A stretch of 63,147 nt of DNA, counting the filler, from Conidiobolus incongruus B7586 (lineage: Eukaryota): assembly GCA_000697335.1 (NCBI GenBank). It is 9 parts of 9 records of this genome, joined end to end, with 100 filler letters (N's around TTAATTAATTAA, not from the genome) between each part and the next. Parts side by side here need not be neighbours in the genome. Positions count along the whole stretch, not along the records: positions 23,510 to 46,152 come from JNEM01005997.1; positions 46,253 to 47,387 come from JNEM01005998.1; positions 47,488 to 55,465 come from JNEM01005999.1; positions 55,566 to 61,164 come from JNEM01006001.1; 5 more parts are not named here. The stretch is one strand, 5' to 3'. The position numbers were made by a program, and so were the translations under genes. Each line of letters opens with the position of its first letter. Within the stretch, counting starts at the first letter, position 1. Positions 42,359-55,855 of this stretch are shown here, piece by piece. Under the pieces are notes generated by a model, which had not been told where the DNA came from, did no database searches, and saw nothing but the letters and a program-made list of their open reading frames with translations.

Positions 42359-44043
42359 ATGAGAAACGAAACATCAAATGATACCAACAATATAAATAGT
42401 ACTCAACTAGTTGAGGTAAACTATTACATAAAATTTTGTTCAAAATATTTCTAAATTTTCTCATTCAGATTAATAATAACATTACTCTTCCAATATTAAA
42501 TAACATTGAATTACCCAATGATCCTCCTTCTCCAGAAAGTCCTCTCGAAAGCGATAGCTTACCTGTGAGAAACCCATTACAGACTTTAACTTCACCCTTG
42601 TCAGAACGTCATCTTGCACAAAGGACTACTATTTTAAAAAGTAGACTTCTATTAAAGTGTATTTTACAGTATATCGAAGTAGCAGAATTAAAAAAGCTTC
42701 GTTCCGTAAATAGATTTTGGAATAATGTAGCCAAACTTATTTTATTCTCTGAAGTTAAATTCCAATATCATATTCCAGTTCCTACTCGCCTAAAAGATTA
42801 TGCAAAATGGGCTGAAAACAGTATCCACGCTTTGGAAATATTATACCATCACCGAAGTAATATTGAAACACTCTTTATTCGGTCTCCAATATATTCGTTT
42901 ACTTGGAAGAGAATATTACAATTTAATAATCTAACCACCTTGAATGTCGGTCCCATGATGTTTTTAGAAGGTCCTGTATTGAATATTACAGACTTAAAGA
43001 CATATTTACCTAATCTACTTCACTATTCGATTACTCATCCGACTGAATATGAAGTATATATGAATGCATATCCTGCACCTCAATTTTATGTTTGCTCAGG
43101 ATTACAAAGTTTACAATTAAATTGGATTGCACCTGTTTGGAGTAACTACATGAAAAGGATCATAAAGCTAAATCCTGATTTGCAAAATTTGTCTCTCAAT
43201 AGACTAAGCTTACCATTCACATTGATAAAGGAATTTGGTCCTGGATTACATAAACTTCAATCGTTGAAAATTGATATCACTTCTTCATCTTCTAGAGAGG
43301 GTGATATTTTGTTACCCTCTAATGCCTTCAACTCTGCTCACTCCATACCAGATATTGCCCTAATCACTCCTCAATCTTCTGCCTCTAAATTCACCTTGAA
43401 GTGGGATGATTGTACCAATATCGATACATCTTTAGCAGTTTTATTGGCCCAAAATCCCAACATTCATACATTCAAATTCCGCTATTCAATTCAAATTGGA
43501 GCAATGCTTACCAGTTTATACTTGATTAATCCACTGCAAAAGAAATCCTTATCACTTTCCCGTGTAAGATTTCATCCCGATTTCATTAAAATGTTATTTG
43601 AATGTTGTACTGAATTAATACATGTTGAATTGGACGACTGTAACAGGATATCTGATTCTGCAATTGAAACCTTAGTAACCCACTGTCACAAGCTCAAGAA
43701 TTTAACCTTGAAAGACTCTGGTATGTTCGATACTAAACTTTCTGACATGTCGCTTCATCATATTCGAAATCATTGCACTTCGCTAAAGCACTTATCATTA
43801 ATATTTCCTTTAAGAAAGTTCGACCAACTTATGCTACCATGGAAATGCAATCATACTTTGGTTAGTCTGAGTCTTTTTGAATATCCTAAGAACTATAAAT
43901 ATTTAAGAGGCTTAATGCAATTTGACCAATTGAGTCAGATTTCTTTCAAGACACAATCTCCTTCTCCTGAGTATGTAGACAAAATTGAAGAGTTTTTACC
44001 CAATATCCGAGTTAAAGACTTCAGAGAAGATAAATGGTATTAA
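42359..44043 (+). CDS. F-box/leucine-rich-repeat (RNI-like) protein, 2 exons
   Basis: ATG 42359, exon 1 ends 42415, intron to 42469, then a long ORF. F-box-like LLLKCILQYIEVAELKKLRSVNRFWNNVAK and Cys-containing LRRs (CTELIHVELDDCNRISDSAIETLVTHCHKLKNLTL). Confidence 0.85.
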
Positions 44044-44416
44044 TTAATGTGTAAAATAAAAAATTAATAATTACTGTTATCCTGAATGAATTGCCTTCAG
44101 ATTCGTAAATATCTGATTCAATTTATATATGTTAGTTCAATTAATAAGATTGAAAATTTTGATATATTGTAATTTATTATTCAACATTAATATCACTCAA
44201 TGCAGTGAAATTAAGTTTAATGGGTTAAATATTTGATTGATCAAATTCTAATAGTGTGGAGGATATAAATTTATAATATTGTGGTGAATTAATACCAAAA
44301 AACCAAGACTAAAAGAGTGATTTGAATTCACTTAAAGTATTAAATAATAAAAATTAAATGTTTTTATTCTATTTTAAAATCACTATGCATACTTTAATCT
44401 ATAATTTAAATAATAA

Positions 44417-46112
44417 TTAAAATTTCTAAAATGCAAACGTAAGTAAATAATTATAATATCAATAAGATTATGTCTTCCACTTACAAAGTCAGAAGGTGTA
44501 TCAACAGCCCAAATATAGTTGAAAATAGCCATTTTAGGTATAAACTTTGTTAATGGGATATTATGTCGTTTTACCCAAGCAATTAAAATTTTATGATCAA
44601 ACATTCTGGTATATGTTCTCAGTGTAAACTTTTCTTTAGTATCCTAATTAAATTGAAAACTGTTAGTTTACAATCAAGTTAATGAATAATAAAATAATAT
44701 TACAGTGGAGAACGCATTTCGGATATATAAAATTTGGCGGTCTAATTGATCCAATTGAGATTTTAAAAAGCTTAAAGTATCGAGCATGTTATATTCATTG
44801 GTTTGTATCTCTTCCAAAAGGGTCTTTTCTTCTAAATCAATATCCTCTAACATCTCCTCCAAAATTCTGCAATCCTTATACTTCTTGCTCTTAGATGACT
44901 AGTCCTTAGATTCAAAAGATCCTTTGACTTTATCATGAACTTCATTTACTTTCTGCTGGATGTATTCCTAAAACATTCATCTTCTAAATTAGGGTGATTC
45001 CTTAAAATTGAGAGAGACCGGAATATAAAGCTCTTCGAACCCTTTGTGATTAAATTTATAGACACGAATTATATAGCAGAATTGAAATTATTCTTCAGGC
45101 TTATTTAAGCAGCCTTCAGAGTAGATGTTGCACTCTTTACTAATTTTTAGTACACAATTCTTCAAGTATTGAACTTTTTCAATATCATTCAAATGTTCAG
45201 AAGTGTCTTTGTGGTATCTTTGAGAGGTAATATTAATGTAGGAAATGAAGATACTAGTGATTGTGAGATTTGGTGCAAAGGTTTTCATCATGATGGGAAA
45301 TGTACGATTGCGTAATCCTGTAAAGAAATGCTCTTCATTTTTTAGTAATGATAAGATCAGCATCATATTTCTATATACTTGCTCTTCCACCTCCATGATT
45401 ATTTCAACCTCGTTTGTATATTCATGCTTAATCTTAAATATGGCATGGTTTGTGGATCAAGCGTGATATGATTTGATGTTAATGATATAATTCCACCCAT
45501 TGAAGGCTGAGCCTTTAAAATCATCAGGCTGAATTATTTATTTCTTTGCAAAGTATAGGATAGTAGCAACCTTCCATGTGTACATATCGGGGCTTTTTAA
45601 TTGGGACACATATTGCTCTGCAATTTTTTCTAAGTCGCTATGAAATCAATATTAATATCATTTCAATTTTAGTTAATAGAGATATTTACTTTAAAATGAC
45701 GTGCATCTTCAAATCTCTTATATACTTCTTTGGTAAGCTTAAAGCTAGCCTTACCAGGGATAATAGTACAGTTCTTCTTGGTCAGTTTATCATACCAATG
45801 AGCTAGCCAAAAAACTTGTTTGTTATGGACAACGGATCCCCATTGATGGCCCTCTGGAGGTGGTGGTGGTTTAACACCTTGCCCAATGTTAATCATAATC
45901 TCTTCTGGCTCGGGAGGACGCTAAACTATGTTGGATTTAGTCAATAAAGCTAATGAATAGAGATTTACTTGGACGCGGCCATTTAGTTCTTTATAAGTAT
46001 TTGATAGTAGGATTCTTGGTCGATGCAAAAATGGATTTCTAAGCTTTTCTAAATAACCGTCAAACTTACAGTAAGCTACATCTCGATTTTCAGGCATATC
46101 TAACAAAAGCGA
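44417..46112 (-). pseudogene. Divergent DNA topoisomerase IB paralog, disrupted; 5' end in gap
   Basis: Top1-like blocks in order: YCKFDGYLEKL, EEIMINIGQGVKPPPPPEGHQWGSVVHNKQVFWLAHW, KRFEDAR, EVEEQVYRNM, FDHKILIAWVKRHNIPLTK...WAVDTPSDF/KF*. Canonical introns are present, but there are in-frame stops (45538-45540, 45088-45090) and frameshifts in 45440-45640. Confidence 0.85.
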
Positions 46113-46252
46113 CTAATACTTGTTAATTAATTATAAATATAGTCATATATTTNNNNNNNNNNNNNNNNNNNNNNNNNNNNNNNNNNNNNNNNNNNNTTAA
46201 TTAATTAANNNNNNNNNNNNNNNNNNNNNNNNNNNNNNNNNNNNNNNNNNNN

Positions 46253-47352
46253 AATACCTCTAACTGTGGGGAATCTAGGATCATCCCATCCAGAAACGAG
46301 TTTTTCATCAACAAACCATTGTAATTTACGCTTGGAGAGTAAAGTGTAAATGAAGTTAACACGGCTATTTAAATTGATTAAAAATACAGTATAGGAAAAT
46401 GTGACACAAGATATACCTGAAATCCCAAACGTGGACCTTTCTCAAATTCAAAGCATCAATAACCCAGTGATATTGAGGGTTACGATCACGGTATTCAATG
46501 GTTCTAAGAGCATGAGTAACACCTTCGAGAGAATCAACAATGGGGCAAGCAAAGTCATAAGTGGGATAGATCTTCCACTTGTCACCAGTAATGTGATGAG
46601 GAGTGACATTACAGCGGTAGAAAACGGGATCACGCATAGCCTTGTTCTTATCATCAACGCTAATTTTACCTCTCAAGCAGCAAGTTAAACCCTAAAATCG
46701 AATTTCATGAATATCAAGAGAAAACTAGTATTCATTAAATATATTGTTCTTACAAATTCAGTTCCTTGTCTCATTTCTTCGAATCTCCTCAAGTTTTCTT
46801 CAACTGATAAATCACGGTTTTTAGAAGCAATTCCCTTCATTCTTTGATCTCTCATGGTTTCCTTATCAGTATCATCGACATAACCTTTACCGGATTTAAT
46901 TAACTCGATAGCCAAGTCGTAGATTTGATCGAAATAGTCAGAGGTATGAGATATAATATCTCCTTTAATGCCTAAAAGGGCCAAATCTTCTTTGATGGAT
47001 TCTTCAAATTCGGACTAAAAATATATAAATATTGATTATGAAAAATGAATGATTTTAAAAAATATCTACTTTTTCTTTGCTGGGATTGGTATCGTCAAAA
47101 CGAATAATTAACTTTCCATTAAAAGTTTGGGCGAAATACTGGTTCAAAAGAGCAGCTTTAGCATGTCCAATATGCAAGTAACCACTAGGTTCGGGCGGGA
47201 AACGAGTGACCACATTTCCATCGGCAGCTCCAGGTAAATCAATATCAAATTTACCTTGATCTTTCTACATATTATAAAAAATTAATACTTAATAAACAGC
47301 TATCTTTGAGTTAATATTGATTACGGGTCTATTGTCAGCAGAGCTCATTTTA
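46253..47352 (-). CDS. GUS1: Cytoplasmic glutamyl-tRNA synthetase, catalytic core; both ends in gaps
   Basis: [21 protein letters not shown] (HIGH), [62 protein letters not shown]. Confidence 0.95.
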
Positions 47353-47487
47353 CTATATAACCAATAAAATATTTAGTAAATATTAATNNNNNNNNNNNNN
47401 NNNNNNNNNNNNNNNNNNNNNNNNNNNNNNNTTAATTAATTAANNNNNNNNNNNNNNNNNNNNNNNNNNNNNNNNNNNNNNNNNNNN

Positions 47488-50400
47488 AAATTTAGCAGAA
47501 TGACCCATATTGGAAAGCTGCTTGGACTGGAAGTAATTCTTGGTAAATGGAATTACCAGCTGCTTGTGTTTTCCCACTTTGGCATTTAGCTGGGACCGGC
47601 AAGCATTTAAATAATCACAATATGTCTGTTTACAGGATTCTAAATAAGCCATCTTGTCGTGCAAGTGCTTCAATGTTTGTTTGATCTTTATGATTTCTTC
47701 TTTCCTTTGGGTTCGGCGGCGATGCTTGGTTCGGATATCCACCGCAATGGAACTGATGATCTTTTGATAGTTGTCATTCCTACTGATCCAATTTCCTTGC
47801 TCTAACTTCAAACAGTTAGAAAATGCTAATTGCTTCAACTGTACAAAAGTCATAGAGCTCAGATCTAGCAACGGATGAGAGCTGTGCTTAGCATGAATTT
47901 GAGCTTCTTTTTCTGCAAGCTGACGGAATCTCTTTTCCTCAACTGGTCCAATAGGCTTCTCCAGTATATCTAATAAACTAGAACCAGATTGCACTTGAAT
48001 TACGTAACTTATCAATCGTTTGGTTTCAACAAATAAGTGCTTCATTTTGGCTTCAGTCTCTTGCGTATTTGAAAAGCGATTTGTCAAATATAGAGATATT
48101 GGTTTAGAGTTTGATACAACTTGATCAGCAGAGATAACTGGAACCTCTCCCAAGTCTTTGAGTATGATTAACAAAGGATCATCAGTCCTAGCAACCAAAA
48201 AGTCCTTGTTGTCCGCTATCAACCTATGTAGAGAGTATATTTCTTGAGGGGATATATAGATCACAGGCTTACTGGTATTAGCCAAGTCGAGGAATTCATC
48301 AATATTGAAGAAGTGTTCTGGATCAGGCACCTCAGTAACAGCCTGGATATATTTAGCAAACTTTTCGGAGGTATAGGCAACATAATTATTCAAAGGTTGT
48401 AAAAACAGGTTATCATCAGTAAACAGCTTGCCCATGGACACTTGATTAAGCATTTTAGCAACCTCAGCTAAGCATCGACGATGGTATGGAGTCACCTCTC
48501 GCTCGGTGACATCGAAAGACTCAGGAGCAACAATAGCTGGATTGATATATCTATAGTAGACTAAGTGCCCAACAATTTTTATAATTACCCCTTCATGTTC
48601 CTCAGGAAACTTCCTCATCAGGGAATTCTTTAATTCTTTAGCAATATATCGGATTCCATATGGCATCTTATCCAGAGATTGGTAAATTCGATCAATAAAC
48701 TGATCAGTTATAGATCTCAATTGCTGGAGGTGTTGAATGAGGACAGTTCTAGTTTCTGCATCACTCAAAGCGGTTTCTGGAGTAACATCATAAGGTCTGG
48801 CGCTACGTACACCTGTTCTCATTTCCTCCTGTTTAATCAACTGACGATAAATCAATAGTGGATTGGTCTGCAAATCAATTTCAGGTTCATCAAGGATCTC
48901 GTTGATGATAGGCTGAAGCAAATCTCTTAAATATTGACGTTCTTTAGCTCCTCTATTATAATGAACAGCTAATTTGATAAACACTGGATTTCCTCTTAAG
49001 AATTCTTCAATCAAGTTAAGACCAGATAATTCGTGGTGAATAGCACTTTGGAACAAATTCAATAGCAAATATTCTTCCCTTGGCTTTTGAGCAAAATTGA
49101 ACAGAGTTAACACGACCATTTCGAAGAACTTTTGCGAATCAGAATTTCCTTCTGGATTGTACTTAGCTGATCGATTCATTAATGTTAATAATTTGGCAAT
49201 ATATCTGGGTTGTGTTTGAAGTAAATAGAACAGCTGCTGGTAACAATCCAATCGGAATCTATTCTCTCTATCTAAACTCTTCAGAGGTACTCTGGCATTT
49301 GACATGGCTTCTTGCTGATTGGGTTGATTTGTAGGAGCAACGGAATGAATGACTTCTTCAAGAGTAATTCTGTTACGGATCAATAGAGCTATCTTAATAT
49401 CCAGATCATTAAGAGCAGACTCTGACAAGTAAATCTCTCTGATTTTCTTAATTGCCTCTTGGCGATGTTGCTCAAGTTCCAATTCTTCAACAAAGTCTAA
49501 ATCGCTCTCTTCTAATAGATGTAAGAAACTTTGCATTGAAGCAACTGGAGGCTCTTGAGTAACACTCGATGGTTGTTGCATTCTTTCTCGATTAGCCCAG
49601 TAATCCTCTTGGAATTTAACAATGTGCTCATAATGTCGCTCTGGGAAAGGATACTTAAAGGAGACGAAGGAGTGGCAAATTCTAGCTGAGGAATGAAGCT
49701 TTCTCTATAGTATTGTCGGATAATATACCCTCTACACATTCCCTGGAGCTGTTCAATCTTATCTGAAAGTTTATTCAGGATACCCAAAGATCTGGCCCAT
49801 TTTCTTTGAACAGCCACTTTGCGACAAAGTGCTTGGAATCGAATTAATGCATCGAAAAATCCCAAGGTCCTAGCTCTGGCCTCATAAAAGCATGGTACCC
49901 ATTTCCTTCTGGCTAAAACTTGTCTAGATAAAGCTTGGAACCTTTGGAGAGTGTAAATATCAATGTATGAGATAGTTTCTCTCAAAATCTCGAGTTTTTC
50001 TAAAGCAATACAACGAGAAAGAACGCCTCTAATCTGTGCCTGGAGACCAATAATAGATCTAGAATGCCTGATCAGCTCTAAATTCAACTTTTTAAATTTA
50101 TTTCTTTGCTGATGGCCACGCACAATGCCTTGGACAATGACGATAAATGGAGTATAATGCTCCCATATAAACTCCGATTTAGGCTCGCTAGAACCATGAG
50201 AAGATCCAGTTGTTTGAGCTAAAGGAACATTATCATCATCAGCTGTGGGTGGATCAGGTAGATCTTTATCATAATCTGTGTCCGAAATATTAAGCACGCT
50301 TCGAGACATTGGAGGTCCAACTTGAATTGCAACTGATCTTGTTGACATTGAACGCAACAAGCCAGTTTGACTTTCTGTAGAAAGTTGTCGAAACATTGTA

Positions 50401-53198
50401 ATCAATGCAAGTTCTTTGGGGTTGTTATTAGCTGGAGATATTTGCTCATCTTGTGTAGATGGATTGGAAGTTCTGTTCGGTAAGTCAACTATATTCTCAT
50501 CCGATTTCTTACTCTTATTGCTATTAGATTGATTAGATTCATCATTGGCACTAGCCAATTCGAAAGTATCAAGATGAGAAGATTCGTCAGATTCATCAGA
50601 CTCACTATAATCATCCACCAATGGCGAAGTTTGGAGAGGGGTAATGGTAATAGGCCTTGGACTGATTGAAACTTCACGCAATGATGATAAACACACTGGA
50701 GCTTGTGAATCATTGGGGTTGGACTGACAGCCCGGAGATGCGGTTTTCTTTGGATATTAATGTCATCTTTGAATAATTCATTCAGTTCCTTTTTCGCTGC
50801 TGTCGAATCAAGAATCACATCAGGCTCAACTTGATTCAATTTCTGACAATCATTAGAGCTATTTGATTGTATTGACTCATCTATCTTATTTGATTCTTGA
50901 GCTAGTTTATCTCTTTCTAATAACTCTCCTAGAGATACCTTTGGTTTAGGCCCCAATGGAACCAAATTATTGGATGGATTGTTGGACTCAGAAAGCTGTT
51001 GCTCACGGTCGATGATTGCTTTCACTCGATCTGATACACTAATTCGAACATTTTCTTCACTCTCTTCCTCATTATCAGATTCGCACTTGGAATAACCCTG
51101 TTTATTCTCTACAATTGATGGCTTCTCAACAGGACAAGTAGAATTGGTTAAAACATTAGATCGAGCCGCTCCATTATGTTCTAGAAGAATAGCTGAGGTC
51201 ATATCCGGTTTATTCCCATTATTGCGAGTACTCATACAATTCTTTTCACGTCTCTCTTCAGCCCTACGATCCAAAATATCTCGTACTCTTTGTGTCATTT
51301 TAGAAGACTTCCGCTCTAAGGTACCTGCCCCAATACCCTTGAAACCTGGCTTCACTTCTTGTTGTTTTGTGCAAAACCTAAGTCAAGGATTTCAATATTA
51401 ATATACATTGAGAAATATAAGTGGAAAAGCTTACCATCAATTCCTGTGTTTGAAGCGGAACCATTTTGAGATTCGCTCATTACAGGATCTACATCAAGCT
51501 TTCTCAAGGTAGAGCTTTTAATTTGAGACTCAGTATTCAAATAATCTTGATTATGCTCAGATTTATCAATGAAACTTGGCTCAATTAAAAAGCTATTCAA
51601 ATTCAACTCAGGATCAGATGGAGATTGGCTGAATTGAGAGATCGCCTGTAAGCAAATCTGTCTTTTTCGCACCATTGATAAATTCTGTTCCAGGATATGA
51701 CTCTCGTTTACTTGGCTTGAATCAAGGTAACTATAACTATCGAATTTTTGCAATGGAACCATATGATGATACTCGTCACTATTATCAAAAGGAGGTCGAG
51801 AAGCAAATGACAATTGATTATTTTCACTTGAGCAGCCAGGTGAAGCTAAATTATCCGAAGTATCTGAGTCGCTATTCATCGAAGTAGATGAGAGGCATGG
51901 GGATGCTATCTGGTTGCTTGAATGAATACTTCCTTTGCTAATATTGGAAAAGGAGGAAGTTGCAGGAGATTCATACCTTTGACTTCCATGCCTATTCAAT
52001 ATACTAATCAATTTAGACTTTGGAGAAAGTATGGCAGGTCCCAATTGGGGTTTTGGGGTTGGCGAGAGTTTAGGAGATTTAGCTAAACTAGTTGTAGATT
52101 TAGAAGACTGTGGAAGAGGGAGAAATGAGCTTGAATCCAGTCCCAATTCTTGATCAGACCCAGTCAGATCTGAAGGGATTAACTTTCGGCTCTTTTTATT
52201 CTTTCCTTTTTCTCCACTGTTATTAAAACGTGGAGGAATTTGACTAGAATAGTGAATCGTCGCATAACTCTTTTTCACTCGAGGATTACGACCAGATTTA
52301 GACCGTTTTGTAATTCTAATAGATGCCACTTCCTCTTTGAGAATTCGACTCAAATCACTACCCACATTAACGAAACATGGTAAAGCGATCCCACTTTTAT
52401 CCAACTCAGCTTGGGTGAGATTTAATTGATATTCGCTAAAATCAAGATAGCCAACCAAATTCTTAATATTGGGTGCTAAGCCTTTACGAGAAAGTAAATG
52501 GCTAAGAGCATGGATACAATAAATTACTTTGGGAATATTTTTTCTTGCATACAAGTCGGTCAATTCGAACAAGAAATTCTAAATTAACAATAAGCAATCA
52601 ATAAACAATTAGATTATGCCCATATAATACCTGAGGAAGTCCAGCCTTAACAGCTGCTTTAAGAAAATAATGAATATTATCGCTATGACGGAAACTCAAT
52701 TTCTCATCCTATTAACATTAACATTAATAATATATTGTTATAAAAATCATGAGAAAAAATCAATTTAAAGGGTTCTAGAGAAAATAATCCATTACCTCAT
52801 ATATTTTTTTGACAACAGTGGGCTCAAAAGTTTTAGCAAGTTTGGCTAATAATACTCCATTCTGAAGCTTAACTCCCAAATCATCGAATGGCCCTAAGTC
52901 AACATTCAAACACGACTCAATCCATCTATTCAAACATGATTAATACTAAATGCAACAAAAATAATATAAAAGCATACTGTTTAGCTTCAGTAACATGACA
53001 AAGATATTCATAGGTAAACACTTGATCTCTTTCAATCTCCATCCAATTTTTCATATATGTGCGACTCCCATAATTGCTGTTGGTGTGTATTGAGTTGTTT
53101 TGATTAAAAGACCGCTTGGATTTCAGATTCATGGATAATATGGATTCTGATGCTTTATTTGATCTTTGGAATAATAGTGAGCTAGATGATTTTTTCAT
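47488..53198 (-). CDS. IQG1: IQGAP (Iqg1/Rng2-like): CH, IQ motifs, RasGAP-related and RasGAP_C domains; three apparent single-base frameshifts; 3' end in gap
   Basis: YEYLCHVTEAKQ/WIE, NGVLLAKL, FELTDLYARKNIPKVIYCIHALS (CH); VQGIVRG, LQAQIRG, LQGMCRG (IQ); YQQLFYLLQTQPRY, REEYLLL, MPYGIRY, YYRYINPAIVAPE (GRD). The frame stays open upstream to ~53353, so the true start may lie further 5'. Confidence 0.92.
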
Positions 53199-54553
53199 TA
53201 TATTCTGAATTATCGGATTGGTCTGATTAGGATTAAGATCCAGTTTAGAATTTGATGGCTCATGCTTCTGCAGTTTGATTCTTCCATGAAACCCAGAGAT
53301 ATCAAAGGATGGCTGATTCGAGGTAACATAATAAGACTGATAATTATTAAATGCTAGATATTAAAACAAAAGACAATATTAAATTAAAAATAAATAAAAT
53401 GATGCAAATGCAAATAGAGAATAAAATAAAAAACTAAAGAATTAAAAAAGCTTGATGCTGATAAACAATACATATTTATTTGTTGTGAATAATCTTGATT
53501 CATTGTTAATGAGTGTGGGGTAATTACAATTTTGACTTGAGTCTGTTTTGGTGTAAAGAATTGGTTGAATAAATTTAATTGCAGTCCAATTCATAAAATT
53601 AAATTGTCTCAATGGCTAGTTTCCTATTATGGGTTAACCTTAATTCAGATATTTAGTTAGAAATATTGATATTGTTGATGATTATTAGTATTGTGGAGAT
53701 AATAATATATTACTATTAATATTAAAATCAACACTTTTAATAAATATTTTGATTCCTCTCATAACTATTTTCTATAATTGAATTCTTATAACCAAACATA
53801 TCAATCATATCAAATTTTAAATTAATTAAATCACGTATAAAATGGATTTAGTCACAATAATTGAAATTCATATCTATAATCTTAAATTAACTAATACTTG
53901 AAAATAAATTTAATCATTTCATTCACAAGAACTATAAAATAATAAAATTCATAAAAATTAGAAAAAAGAAGTAGTAATAGTATTTACTCAAAAGATTGCT
54001 ACACACTGGCTAATCAAAAAAACTAATGATAATTTTTAAGACACTGTAATGCTAAGTATATTAATACAGCTCAATATTTAATTTCTATGATTATATTATA
54101 ATAACGTTTGAAAAATTTGAGACATAATAAATCAAACAAAATTTGTATTACCAAGGTAATTCTAATGACTATAAATATTAAGAAATGTAATTTAAATAAT
54201 TCATTTATCCACAATTTAACAAATTTGAGCAAATACAATTAATACAAATGAAATAATTAAAAATATTTACTAATAGACAAATTCATACATGACATATTTC
54301 AATTAATTAAACTTCGCTGATTAAATTATAACTACCAATATTAAACAGTATATATTAACACTATTCAAAAAAAGAATCAACATCAAATTCAAAAAATTGC
54401 TAAATTTAATTCAAAACAAATAAATAAAAAAACTAATTAGTCAATTGTCTATTATAAATATGAAATTAAAACGAACAAAATAACCAACTAATAATATATT
54501 GTCTATGAAATTATCTATATATTAAATAATTTCACATTTAATCAATGCAATGT

Positions 54554-55465
54554 TTAAAGATCAGAAAAAAATGATTTAATCTTCTTAGATCGATTGACAT
54601 TTTTCAATTTTTTGTCTTTCTTTTTTCTTTTTCCGTTTTCTTTTTTCTTTTTGGCATTATCGGAATCGCTGTCAGAGTCAAATTCATCATCAGATGGGTC
54701 TGAGGTGGCATTATCTGTGTTAGATAAATCATTGATAAAACTGTCCAAATTAGCAGGACTGTCATGATCTTCGTAAGTCTCTTCTCCATTTCCTTCTTCA
54801 TCCGCTTCACTATCATTTTCAGATTGATGTTGGCCGTCCTCAATAAAGTCATTTTCGTCGTCACTATCATCAGAATCCTCTTGATCTAGCTGTACTTCAG
54901 GAAAACTCAAAGATTGCTTAGACTCATTAGGAAGATTTCCAGTCTCAAACAATTCTTTTGCATCCCAAAAAACCATCGTGCAATCTTGAGAACAGCTAAC
55001 AACAAACTCATTAAATGGATCACCTTTTACCTTTTCGACTGGCATATCTTTATGACTACCAAGCGTGCCTTTGATTTTATTGGGCAAAATACCAACAACA
55101 CGAATATTTCCATCACTGCATCCAGTACATACTGTATCTTCATTGATTTTACAAATAGAATCGATTGATAATTGATGTCCTTTCATTCTATCTGTCATAT
55201 CTCCAAAATTACCCCAATCCCATATACTCAAAATTCCTTCTTGAGTGCCAACTAGAACCTTTTTACCATTCTTAATCACACTGATCGATAGTAATTCTTC
55301 TTCTTGTTGGTCAGATCTAGCTAAGAGCGCCTTTTTACGAAGATCATATACGGAAAGGTAACCATCACCACCAACAGAGATAAGAGATCTCTTATGATAG
55401 ACATAAGACATGTCAGTAATGTAATCTTCATGTTCATGAAATTTTGCTACTGAGCTTTTTTCTCT
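54554..55465 (-). CDS. JIP5: WD40-repeat protein WDR55/Jip5, 5' part lost in gap
   Basis: HEDYITDM, SVGGDGYLSVYDLRK, SDQQEEELLS, VGTQEGIL..WGNFGDMTDR..GH..SID, acidic and basic tail ending SFFSDL. Confidence 0.88.
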   Translation of the reverse strand, partial: REKSSVAKFHEHEDYITDMSYVYHKRSLISVGGDGYLSVYDLRKKALLARSDQQEEELLSISVIKNGKKVLVGTQEGILSIWDWGNFGDMTDRMKGHQLSIDSICKINEDTVCTGCSDGNIRVVGILPNKIKGTLGSHKDMPVEKVKGDPFNEFVVSCSQDCTMVFWDAKELFETGNLPNESKQSLSFPEVQLDQEDSDDSDDENDFIEDGQHQSENDSEADEEGNGEETYEDHDSPANLDSFINDLSNTDNATSDPSDDEFDSDSDSDNAKKKKENGKRKKKDKKLKNVNRSKKIKSFFSDL

Positions 55466-55565
55466 NNNNNNNNNNNNNNNNNNNNNNNNNNNNNNNNNNN
55501 NNNNNNNNNTTAATTAATTAANNNNNNNNNNNNNNNNNNNNNNNNNNNNNNNNNNNNNNNNNNNN

Positions 55566-55855
55566 CTAAAGAATTGATTGCTCACATCCTTATTGACACG
55601 ATTAGCATCCACATCACTTTTATGAATATTATCATTGAACACTGCTGCGTTGGTATTACGGTCAAATTCATTCAAACGGAAGTTGGAAGCGTCAAAGTTA
55701 TTGTTATTGGCAAAGAATATTGGATTGAATCCCCAGCCGCCATAGTATCCGGGAGCGTAGTTGTAATAATTGCCTGGATAGTATCCTCCACAAAAAGAGC
55801 ATTCAGAAGAATTGACAAGGATTAATAATTGGGGGATTAAAGTTTTTAACAACAT
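55566..55855 (-). CDS. Small secreted Gly/Tyr-rich protein, paralog 1 (last codons in gap)
   Basis: Signal-peptide-like N-terminus, GGYYPG...GYYGGWGFNPIFF, and conserved FDASNF...FDRNTNAAVFNDNIHK domain shared with two paralogs. Confidence 0.85.

Noticed and set aside
49512..51380. Programmed -1 ribosomal frameshifting in IQGAP
   Set aside because: No canonical X XXY YYZ slippery heptamer with a downstream structure was evident. Several breaks at short base runs are simpler to explain as sequencing error.
44417..53198. Top1-like, GluRS and IQGAP as a fusion or functional cluster
   Set aside because: They lie on separate contigs joined by linkers, each truncated, so adjacency and distance are unverified.
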